Virus record (IMG/VR): IMGVR_UViG_2698536651_000010
Location: 1 to 19,760 of that record
Source: a virus
Lineage: Duplodnaviria; Heunggongvirae; Uroviricota; Caudoviricetes
Length of the DNA: 19,760 nucleotides
Reading direction: 5' to 3' (one strand)
Position numbers and translations under genes: made by a program. Numbering within the stretch: position 1 is the stretch's first letter; each line of letters starts with the position of its first letter. The notes beneath the pieces are model-generated. The model saw only the letters and a list, made by a program, of their open reading frames with translations. It was not told where the DNA came from and did not search any database. Positions 1 through 7,510 of this stretch are shown here, piece after piece.

Positions 1-603
1 CTACGCCTCCGGCAGTTCAGGCCAGATGACATCCGGCGCGGTGCTGGTATCTGTTGCCGTCACCGCGTCAATGTAATCCAGCGCAGCGTTAAGTCGGGCG
101 GTTTCTGCCTGCGTCAGATTCCGTCCGGCCTGCAATTTCAGCTGAATCAGACTAATGGAAGCCATTGCATTATCAATCAGTGACTGACGCTGTGCTTCTG
201 CCGCGCCTACTGCGGCGCTATGCTGTGCCACAGTATCTGTTACCCATTTCTCACCATCCCATTCATCTTATGGCGTTAACGGGGCGATAGTGGTTGTATT
301 TTCAGGATAATCACCCGGAGCGGTGATTTCTTTCGATTCTCCTGTTTCGGTGCTATAGATGATTTCACCGCGATGGTCTGGCACATATTCCCATGAGTTA
401 AAATCTGCAGAACGGCAGATTGCATAACCAGCTTTATGTGTAACTGGCGCATCTAAACAAGAACATGCCGGGATACCGACGCCAACCGCAAGATATTCAG
501 TTGACGTGGAAATATATTCCCGTGTTTCACCATCGTAGTTATAAACGGTAACATCCCCTGCCTTTGTTGCAATAAGCTCACTATTTAATATTGCTTTATG
601 CAT
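1..603 (-). pseudogene. Tail fiber assembly protein (Tfa/gpG family), split by an in-frame TAA at 268-270
   Basis: ORFs 268..603 and 1..231 are in the same frame on the minus strand, separated only by TAA at 268-270. Translation continues ...APLTP*DEWDGEKWVTDTV... and ends with the Tfa-typical C-terminus ...TDTSTAPDVIWPELPEA. The start codon overlaps the gpH stop (ATGA at 601-605). Confidence 0.7.
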
Positions 604-2150
604 CAGGCTGACCTCACGATATAGTTAAATGCAATATTACGCGGACGCGTTTCTGAGGCTGCGGCACCTAAACCAGCCACTGATTGTTTATATGTTTTAA
701 AGGTTCCATAATCCGGTGCTGGTAATCCGGCATCGTTTGTGTTTCCTCTTTTGATAATGTCAGTGCCACTATTTACCCAGCTTTCATCAAAATAGAAATT
801 AATCGTTGCATCAGTCACAATCGTGGATCTTGACGGTAATCCATGAGCATGATCCTCCGTTGCATACCCCTGAATACTTAAAATAGAGCGACCTGTATCA
901 ATCCCCCGTCCGTCATCCCAGCCACGAATAAACTCACCACGTAAATCAGGCAATTTATTTGCCGGATAAGCCTTTGCTAGTTCCGGGTATTCTTCAGCAG
1001 AAAAAGCTGCACCATTGCATTTCAGCCAGCCTGTTGGCGGTGTGGCTGAAGGCCACGGAACAGGGACGCCAACAGGTAATGCAGAGCCTTCTCCCAAACC
1101 AAGGTATGTGAGAAGACCAGCTACATCCTTTCCACTCAAATTGGTAAGCGTATTGTCCAGCGGTTGTTTACCTGACAGCGCATTAAGCATTGTCGTGGCA
1201 AAGTTCGGATCATTCCCCAGCGCCGCTGCCAGTTCGTTCAGCGTATCCAGTGCCGCAGGTGCAGAACCCACCATTGCTGCAATTGCCGATTTCACAAAAG
1301 CGGTAGTGGCAATCTGTGTATTGTTGACCGACTGCGCCGCCGTGGGAGCTGTTGGCGTTCCGGTGAGTGCCGGACTCGACAGCGGCGCTTTTTGTGCCAG
1401 TGCATTGTTAATGGTGGTACTGAATTTCGGATCATTGTTAATGGCTGCGGCTATTTCTTTCAGCGTGTCCAGCGTGGCTGGCGCACCATTAATAAGAGCC
1501 GTCAGAGCCGCCTGAACAAACGCGGCGGTCGCAATCTGCGTGGTGTTATTCCCTGCTGCTGGCGTTGGCGCTTTGGGTGTCCCGGTAAACGTCGGACTTT
1601 CTTTGGGTGCATACTGTGAATGCGGGTCCGGTGCGGCAAGATGTTTTGCCATCTGATCATCCGCGTACACCTTCAGCTCCAGTACCTTATCATCCACATA
1701 CTTGCGGGTTGCCAGCACTACGGCAGGGTCGATTTTCAGGGTGATATTGTCCGTGCTGCTGGTAATCAGCACCATGCGCACGGTCTGGGTACGCCCGCTG
1801 CCTTCAGCCAGTTTCGGCTTATAGCTTTCCGGGCAGTTTCCCACGGCAATCAATGCCCCGGACTCATCAAACAGGCCCACTTCACGTATCCACCAACCGC
1901 CCTCGTTTTCAGGGATCACCTGTTCAGCAATAATCTGGCTACTGTTCTGCGGGTCGATATAAAGCATATTCAACGCAGCCCGGCGTTTCTCATTTACCAG
2001 TGCCGTCTGCTTTGCGTCCGGCGTCGGTAATACTCCGCCGCCATCGCCGACCGCCATATGGGTAATTTTTAGCGGCACACCGAGCGCGGCGGCGCTGGCA
2101 AGTTTCGCCGCGCCAATATCCGTCAGCAGGGTATAAAATTTTGTGCTCAT
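603..2150 (-). CDS. H: Tail fiber protein (P2 gpH-like N-terminus, tandem fibre repeats, tail-collar-type C-terminal domain)
   Basis: 515 aa. N-terminus MSTKFYTLLTDIGAAKLA...MAVGDGGG...AESYKPKLAEGSG resembles the conserved P2 gpH N-terminal domain. Two ~70-aa tandem repeats (TGTPxAPTxA...NNTxIATxAFV...DPxFxTT). C-terminus has a tail-collar-like motif (GWLKCNGAAFSAEEYPELAKAY...LPDLRGEFIRGW). ATGA overlap with gpI upstream. Confidence 0.9.
   Translation of the reverse strand: MSTKFYTLLTDIGAAKLASAAALGVPLKITHMAVGDGGGVLPTPDAKQTALVNEKRRAALNMLYIDPQNSSQIIAEQVIPENEGGWWIREVGLFDESGALIAVGNCPESYKPKLAEGSGRTQTVRMVLITSSTDNITLKIDPAVVLATRKYVDDKVLELKVYADDQMAKHLAAPDPHSQYAPKESPTFTGTPKAPTPAAGNNTTQIATAAFVQAALTALINGAPATLDTLKEIAAAINNDPKFSTTINNALAQKAPLSSPALTGTPTAPTAAQSVNNTQIATTAFVKSAIAAMVGSAPAALDTLNELAAALGNDPNFATTMLNALSGKQPLDNTLTNLSGKDVAGLLTYLGLGEGSALPVGVPVPWPSATPPTGWLKCNGAAFSAEEYPELAKAYPANKLPDLRGEFIRGWDDGRGIDTGRSILSIQGYATEDHAHGLPSRSTIVTDATINFYFDESWVNSGTDIIKRGNTNDAGLPAPDYGTFKTYKQSVAGLGAAASETRPRNIAFNYIVRSA
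1160..1600 (-). repeat. Tandem intragenic direct repeat (~220 bp unit) encoding the tail fibre repeat modules
   Basis: Near-duplicate DNA blocks, e.g. aagttcggatcatt at 1201-1214 and aatttcggatcatt at 1423-1436, followed by similar ...ttcagcgt(a/g)tccag... stretches. They correspond to the two protein repeats in gpH. Confidence 0.7.
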
Positions 2151-2752
2151 GGATTCACTCTCATTGTGTCAATAACATGGACCGCCCCGCCTTCATGCGC
2201 GGTGCCACCGGAAATAATCGTTTCGTTGATATACGGATAGATCGTGATTTCTTCGCCAAGATAGCTGGCGGCTCCCACCCAATGCGGGCCGCTGGTCTGC
2301 AGATTGATGGACATGCCGATCATGTGGCGGCTACATGGTTTGGCATCGCTTATCAGTCGCTCAAGTTCCAGATAGGTATCTTCAGTGATGCCATGGTCCT
2401 GCACTCCGATATCCAGGCGAAACGTGCCCGGTGCCTCTCCGGTCTGCCACCACTCAATAATGCGGATCAGAAAGCCGAACGGCTCCACCACCCGCCGCAC
2501 GGCACTGGTGGTCCCTTTATGCTGATGAATATAAAAAGCATCCTTCACCACCTGGCGCTTGACGCTTTCTGTCCAGCCCTCGTCCCAGCGATCCACAGAG
2601 AACGCCCAGGCGAGATAAGGCAGGAAACTGACCGGACAGGTTGCCGGATTCCACAAGTCACGAAGCGGCACCTGCAGATCAGAAATCCCGCTGCAGGTTT
2701 GCGCCAGTCGGCGCTCCAGTGGTGTTGAACCCGGTGGCAGCAGACTATTCAT
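2147..2752 (-). CDS. I: Baseplate assembly protein gpI
   Basis: 201 aa. MNSLLPPGSTPLE...RDLWNPATCP...LPYLAWAFSVDRWDEGW...GTFRLDIGV...ERLISDAKPCSRH matches the P2 gpI family as I recall it. ATG 2750-2752 preceded by AGGA; stop overlaps the gpH start. Confidence 0.85.
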   Translation of the reverse strand: MNSLLPPGSTPLERRLAQTCSGISDLQVPLRDLWNPATCPVSFLPYLAWAFSVDRWDEGWTESVKRQVVKDAFYIHQHKGTTSAVRRVVEPFGFLIRIIEWWQTGEAPGTFRLDIGVQDHGITEDTYLELERLISDAKPCSRHMIGMSINLQTSGPHWVGAASYLGEEITIYPYINETIISGGTAHEGGAVHVIDTMRVNP

Positions 2753-3422
2753 CCGTTCCTCCGTTGGTTACGCTCCACTGCGTACATGATGCCGCCTGTG
2801 TTTTGTTCAGGACCACATCCGCCAGAGGAGAAGCCAGCTCATCGGACTGCTCTTTTTTGGTAAACAGCGCCGTGACGCGGGCAAACAGGGACGGTTTGTC
2901 GTCCTGGATTTCTTCCAGTTCGATCACCGTTTCCTCTGCAGCGGTAAAGAGATTGGCAGGATTCTGCTTGCGGTTTGCCAGCGGGTTATGGGCTGCACTG
3001 GCGCTGAATGTCAGCATTTCCGTACCCAGACTGGCAGGGTCATCAGTGGCAGCCAGGCCGACCAGGTAGGCTTTGCCCGTATCAGCGAACTTCGGGCTGA
3101 CTTCCATAGAGGTGAATAATTTCTGGCCTTTTTTCACCAGTTCCACCAGGGACTCCGTTGGCTCAACGTCGGCATACAGCGCCATCTTGCCTGCCAGCGG
3201 ACCTGCCGTGATTTCTTCAGCAAACAGCGCCGTCACCTTGCCGTAGCGGTTAAAGGTGCTGTCCGGCAGATAAGACTTGATGTGCTCAAGGTTAATCAGC
3301 GCGGTATACACCGCCGGGTTGTAGCTGGCTGCCATCTGTTCCAGCCATTCACGCTGGATTTCGCGTCCGTCGGTGGTGGCACCTTCCACCCCGATGCGAA
3401 AACGCTTTGCTTTCACTGTCAT
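2745..3422 (-). CDS. O: Capsid scaffolding protein gpO-like, C-terminally truncated and running directly into gpI (likely deletion junction)
   Basis: 225 aa. MTVKAKRFRIGVEGATTDGR...INLEHIKSYLPD...YGKVTALFAEEI...SMEVSPKFADTGKAYLVGLAATDDPASLGTE... resembles P2 gpO (about 284 aa) over roughly the first 190-200 residues. The tail ...SCTQWSVTNGGTDE* has no O-like character, and the stop overlaps the gpI start. Confidence 0.7.
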   Translation of the reverse strand: MTVKAKRFRIGVEGATTDGREIQREWLEQMAASYNPAVYTALINLEHIKSYLPDSTFNRYGKVTALFAEEITAGPLAGKMALYADVEPTESLVELVKKGQKLFTSMEVSPKFADTGKAYLVGLAATDDPASLGTEMLTFSASAAHNPLANRKQNPANLFTAAEETVIELEEIQDDKPSLFARVTALFTKKEQSDELASPLADVVLNKTQAASCTQWSVTNGGTDE

Positions 3423-3500
3423 GAGCCGTGCTCCGTTAGAAAAAACTTACTGGAGCCTTATGGTTGCGGTGATGGGGGCAGTGAAACAATGCGCGGTATT

Positions 3501-3518
3501 TGTACCGACAACCACACA
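3501..3518. promoter_or_regulatory. Candidate Ogr/Delta-type late-promoter activator site (TGT-N12-ACA dyad) in the O-P divergent region
   Basis: TGTACCGACAACCACACA at 3501-3518 fits the TGT-N12-ACA element of P2-family late promoters. Its centre is about 55 bp from a plausible leftward start for gpO. Confidence 0.4.
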
Positions 3519-3564
3519 AACCGCAGGCGGGGAAAGCCTTCATTCAAGGCTGTAGGTTTGTGCC

Positions 3565-5331
3565 ATGAACACCACACTGACACCCGCAGATCTCGATCCC
3601 CGTCGGCAGGCCATGCTGCTGTACTTTCAGGGATACCGCGTAGCCCGCATTGCTGAAATGCTGGGCGAGAAAGTTGCAACCGTTCACAGCTGGAAAAAAC
3701 GCGACAAGTGGGGTGACTATGGGCCGCTGGATCAGATGCAGCTCACCACCGCCGCACGCTACTGCCAGCTCATCATGAAGGAGCACAAAGAAGGGAAAGA
3801 TTTCAAAGAGATTGACCTGCTGGCGCGCCAGTCTGAGCGCCACGCGCGGATCGGCAAGTTTAACAATGGCGGCAACGAATCCGACTTAAACCCTAACGTC
3901 GCCAACCGCAACAAAGGCCCACGCCGTCAGCCGGAAAAGAATGTTTTCACCGATGAGCAGATTGAGAAGCTGGAAGAAATCTTCCATTCCTCCATGTTCA
4001 ACTACCAGCGCCACTGGTGGGAAGCCGGAAAAACCAACCGCATCCGCAACCTGCTGAAGTCACGCCAGATCGGCGCGACCTTTTACTTTGCCCGTGAAGC
4101 CCTGATTGACGCCCTGCTGACCGGACGTAACCAGATTTTCCTTTCCGCCAGCAAGGCACAGGCCCACGTCTTTAAGCAGTACATCATCGACTTCGCCAAA
4201 GAAGTGGAGGTGGAGTTGAAAGGCGATCCGATGGTGCTTCCTAACGGGGCCACGCTTTACTTCCTCGGCACCAATGCCCGCACGGCCCAGAGTTATCACG
4301 GCAACCTGTATCTGGATGAATATTTCTGGATACCGAAATTCCAGGAACTGCGCAAAGTGGCTTCCGGTATGGCTATTCACAAGAAATGGCGACAAACCTA
4401 TTTTTCCACGCCATCCAGCCTGACACACAGTGCTTATCCGTTCTGGTCCGGTGCGCTATTCAACCGTGGGCGCAACAAAGCCGATAAGGTGGACATCGAC
4501 CTGTCCCACAGCAATCTGGCCCCCGGCCTGCTGTGCGCAGACGGGCAATACCGCCAGATTGTCACCGTGGAAGATGCAGTGCGCGGCGGATGTAACCTGT
4601 TCGACCTCGATCAGTTACGCATGGAGTACAGCCCGGACGAATACCAGAACCTGCTGATGTGCGAGTTTGTGGACGATCTCGCGTCTGTGTTCCCACTCAG
4701 CGAGCTGCAGGCGTGCATGGTGGACAGCTGGGAAGTCTGGACCGACTTTCATGCACTGGCACTGCGCCCATTTGGCTGGCGCGAAGTGTGGATCGGTTAT
4801 GACCCGGCGAAAGGTACGCAGAACGGCGACAGTGCCGGATGTGTGGTGGTGGCACCGCCAGCCGTGCCGGGCGGCAAGTTCCGCATTCTTGAGCGTCACC
4901 AGTGGCGCGGGATGGACTTTCGCGCCCAGGCTGACGCCATCAAAAAACTGACCGAACAGTACAACGTGACCTATATCGGCATCGACTCAACCGGCGTTGG
5001 TCACGGAGTTTATGAGAACGTGAAAGCGTTCTTTCCTGCCGTCCGGGAGTTTGTCTACAACCCCAACGTTAAAAACGCCCTGGTACTCAAGGCCTACGAC
5101 ATTATCAGCCACCGCCGTCTGGAGTTTGACGCCGGGCACACCGACATTGCGCAGTCATTCATGGCAATCCGTCGCGCCACCACCGCCAGTGGCAACCGCC
5201 CGACCTATGAAGCCAGCCGCAGCGAAGAAGCCAGCCACGCCGATCTGGCCTGGGCAACGATGCACGCACTGTTTAACGAACCGCTGCAGGGCGAATCCGC
5301 CAATACCAGCAATATTGTGGAGATTTTTTGA
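3565..5331 (+). CDS. P: Terminase ATPase (large) subunit gpP
   Basis: 588 aa. N-terminus MNTTLTPADLDPRRQAMLLYFQGYRVARIAEMLGE... is typical of P2 gpP. Length matches. Stop TGA overlaps the Q start (TGATG). Confidence 0.95.
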   Translation: MNTTLTPADLDPRRQAMLLYFQGYRVARIAEMLGEKVATVHSWKKRDKWGDYGPLDQMQLTTAARYCQLIMKEHKEGKDFKEIDLLARQSERHARIGKFNNGGNESDLNPNVANRNKGPRRQPEKNVFTDEQIEKLEEIFHSSMFNYQRHWWEAGKTNRIRNLLKSRQIGATFYFAREALIDALLTGRNQIFLSASKAQAHVFKQYIIDFAKEVEVELKGDPMVLPNGATLYFLGTNARTAQSYHGNLYLDEYFWIPKFQELRKVASGMAIHKKWRQTYFSTPSSLTHSAYPFWSGALFNRGRNKADKVDIDLSHSNLAPGLLCADGQYRQIVTVEDAVRGGCNLFDLDQLRMEYSPDEYQNLLMCEFVDDLASVFPLSELQACMVDSWEVWTDFHALALRPFGWREVWIGYDPAKGTQNGDSAGCVVVAPPAVPGGKFRILERHQWRGMDFRAQADAIKKLTEQYNVTYIGIDSTGVGHGVYENVKAFFPAVREFVYNPNVKNALVLKAYDIISHRRLEFDAGHTDIAQSFMAIRRATTASGNRPTYEASRSEEASHADLAWATMHALFNEPLQGESANTSNIVEIF

Positions 5332-6359
5332 TGGGAAAGAGTAAGAAGAACCGCGCTGCGGCGACGAAACAGATCCAGCTTAAAAGTCAAACTACAGCCG
5401 AAGCATTCAGCTTCGGCGATCCCGTTCCTGTTCTGGACCGCCGAGAATTACTGGACTATGTGGAATGCGTACAGATGGACCGTTGGTATGAGCCACCAGT
5501 GAGTTTCGACGGGCTGGCGCGCACCTTCCGCGCTGCCGTGCATCACAGTTCCCCGATTGCAGTAAAGTGCAACATTCTGACCAGTACCTATATCCCTCAT
5601 CCGCTGCTCAGCCAACAGGCTTTTTCGCGTTTTGTGCAGGACTATCTGGTATTTGGTAACGCCTATCTGGAGAAACGCACGAACCGCTTCGGTGAAGTTA
5701 TCGCCCTTGAACCTGCGCTGGCAAAATACACCCGACGCGGGTTAGACCTGGATACCTACTGGTTTGTGCAATACGGTATGACACCCCAGCCGTATCAGTT
5801 CACGAAAGGCAGCATTTTTCATCTGATGGAACCGGACATCAACCAGGAGATCTACGGCCTGCCCGGTTATCTTTCTGCCATTCCGTCAGCTCTGCTCAAC
5901 GAGTCCGCCACGCTGTTCCGCCGCAAGTATTACATTAACGGCAGTCATGCTGGCTTCATCATGTACATGACCGATGCCGCGCAGAACCAGGAGGACGTGA
6001 ACAACCTCCGCAATGCGATGAAAAGCGCCAAAGGCCCTGGCAACTTCCGCAACTTGTTTATGTACTCGCCTAACGGCAAAAAGGACGGGCTTCAGATCAT
6101 TCCTCTGTCAGAAGTCGCGGCGAAGGATGAGTTTCTGAATATCAAGAACGTGAGCCGGGATGACATGATGGCGGCGCATCGTGTGCCACCGCAAATGATG
6201 GGGATTATGCCTAATAATGTTGGAGGGTTTGGGGATGTAGAGAAAGCTGCTAATGTTTTTGTGAGGAATGAACTCATCCCTTTACAAAAAAGACTAGAAG
6301 AGCTGAACGAATGGATAAATGAAGAAGTTATTAATTTCGTGAGTTATTCAATTACCTAA
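5331..6359 (+). CDS. Q: Portal protein gpQ
   Basis: About 342 aa from ATG 5331 (the ORF track starts at TTG 5328). Size and position downstream of gpP match the P2 portal; translationally coupled to P. Confidence 0.9.
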   Translation: MGKSKKNRAAATKQIQLKSQTTAEAFSFGDPVPVLDRRELLDYVECVQMDRWYEPPVSFDGLARTFRAAVHHSSPIAVKCNILTSTYIPHPLLSQQAFSRFVQDYLVFGNAYLEKRTNRFGEVIALEPALAKYTRRGLDLDTYWFVQYGMTPQPYQFTKGSIFHLMEPDINQEIYGLPGYLSAIPSALLNESATLFRRKYYINGSHAGFIMYMTDAAQNQEDVNNLRNAMKSAKGPGNFRNLFMYSPNGKKDGLQIIPLSEVAAKDEFLNIKNVSRDDMMAAHRVPPQMMGIMPNNVGGFGDVEKAANVFVRNELIPLQKRLEELNEWINEEVINFVSYSIT

Positions 6360-6364
6360 TAAAC

Positions 6365-6395
6365 AAAAAGGCCATTAAATGGCCTTTTTGTTTTT
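6365..6395. terminator. Bidirectional rho-independent terminator shared by convergent Q and retron RT
   Basis: AAAAAGGCCATTAAATGGCCTTTTTGTTTTT: a GC stem flanked by an A-run and a T-run. It overlaps the last codons of the RT. Confidence 0.7.
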
Positions 6396-7349
6396 AGGAA
6401 AAAGAACACTTAGATCAACCCCATATGTTTCAGACATTTTATTTGAGAAAGTCATCAATTTTCTATAGTTTTTCTTGTCTACACTTTTAACAAACGCAAT
6501 AAGTCCTTTAACATGTTCGAAATCAGAATTTCTTTTTACCGCCAGATAATGGATCTTACTTCTAATTTCGCGATAACGTATTCTGCCAACTCCAACATTA
6601 TCAATAGATAAAACGAGCCCAGTAACCTCCTTCCTTGCTTTGGGGCCATGAATCGCAACTTTATTATAATTAACCTTCAAAGATTCACTTGGTATTATAG
6701 AGCATACAAATGACTTAGCTTTAAGTATTTTTTTTAAAGATTGAGCAGATAAAGTCAAATCATCGGCATATCGAGTAAATACGATCCCCTTACTACCTGC
6801 ATATCCATGTATTCTATAATCTAATTTAGTTAAAACAAGATTCGCAATCTTTGGAGAAGATGGTGCACCTTGAGGTAGCGAACCATTAAATGAACACAAT
6901 CTTGCTAAAGCATTAGAAATAGTAGAGTTATACCCCAGAGAATGAAAAACAGTATAGATTTTCTCTATCAGAATAGTATTAAAACAATCTTCTAAATCAA
7001 TATTTAATACATAGTTAGCTCCTACATGTGGGCTGGCATTATTTAATATTGATTGCCCTTTTTCAAAGCCTTTGGAAAATGGGGATGAATGTAACTTATC
7101 AAGGATGTTTCTTAACACCCAAGCTTGCAATGCCTTCAGCTCACGTGATGGCTGTGAAATGATGCGGGATCTCTTGCCATCTCTTTTTGGCAACGAATAA
7201 ACCTTATAGTATTTGTCAGCACGATAAATGTACAACCGGAGTATGTCTACTGATAAACGCATTTCTCTAGACATATCCTCTAAAGAGGACATAACAGGCA
7301 ATCCAAGATTGCGTAAGCGAAAAACCTGAGATGGTGTTGCGGAAGTCAT
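6375..7349 (-). CDS. Retron-type reverse transcriptase
   Basis: 324 aa. RT motifs: NIDLEDCF (motif A), LPQGAPSSPKIANL (motif B), RYADDLTLS (YADD catalytic motif C). Also the retron-associated NAxxH (NASPH) and VTG (EVTGLVL) motifs. ATG sits 2 nt after the a2 repeat, whose AAGGG acts as the SD. Region is AT-rich. Confidence 0.9.
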   Translation of the reverse strand: MTSATPSQVFRLRNLGLPVMSSLEDMSREMRLSVDILRLYIYRADKYYKVYSLPKRDGKRSRIISQPSRELKALQAWVLRNILDKLHSSPFSKGFEKGQSILNNASPHVGANYVLNIDLEDCFNTILIEKIYTVFHSLGYNSTISNALARLCSFNGSLPQGAPSSPKIANLVLTKLDYRIHGYAGSKGIVFTRYADDLTLSAQSLKKILKAKSFVCSIIPSESLKVNYNKVAIHGPKARKEVTGLVLSIDNVGVGRIRYREIRSKIHYLAVKRNSDFEHVKGLIAFVKSVDKKNYRKLMTFSNKMSETYGVDLSVLFPKNKKAI

Positions 7350-7351
7350 GA

Positions 7352-7510
7352 GCGCACCCTTACGTCATAAAAATCAGATTCCGAAGTGAAAGGAGAACAT
7401 CGGGAGATGTTCTCCTTTCAATGAGGGAACTGGTAAAACTTCAGATTGTATGTAGGACAGCGAAACACTGTCCAGTGAACTTCCGGAGAAGCCACTCGCT
7501 AAGGGTGCGC
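7352..7510 (-). ncRNA. Retron msr-msd non-coding RNA flanked by a1/a2 inverted repeats
   Basis: 11-bp inverted repeats GCGCACCCTTA (7352-7362) and TAAGGGTGCGC (7500-7510). Perfect 15-bp stem with 4-nt loop at 7387-7420 (msd-like hairpin). Short hairpin GGACAG/CTGTCC at 7455-7473 (msr-like). A G follows a1 in the transcript. Confidence 0.8.

Noticed and set aside
1015-2030. Plus-strand ORFs (166, 75 and 136 aa) inside the tail fiber gene
   Set aside because: They are antisense to a well-supported gene, have Ala/Gly/Arg-rich low-complexity translations typical of the reverse frame of a GC-rich gene, and lack ribosome-binding sites.
2141-3069. Plus-strand ORFs (195 and 142 aa) overlapping gpI and gpO
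   Set aside because: Antisense to two recognisable structural genes, with no motifs and no plausible start context.
3282-3843. Several short ORFs on both strands across the O-P intergenic region and the P start
   Set aside because: They overlap the real gpO and gpP starts and the promoter region. The translations are Cys/His/Arg-rich with no family resemblance.
6375-7349. Alternative reading of the RT as a group II intron, DGR or Abi reverse transcriptase
   Set aside because: There is no maturase or endonuclease extension, no template/variable repeat pair, and the size is about 320 aa. The NAxxH and VTG motifs plus flanking a1/a2 repeats and msd hairpin point to a retron.
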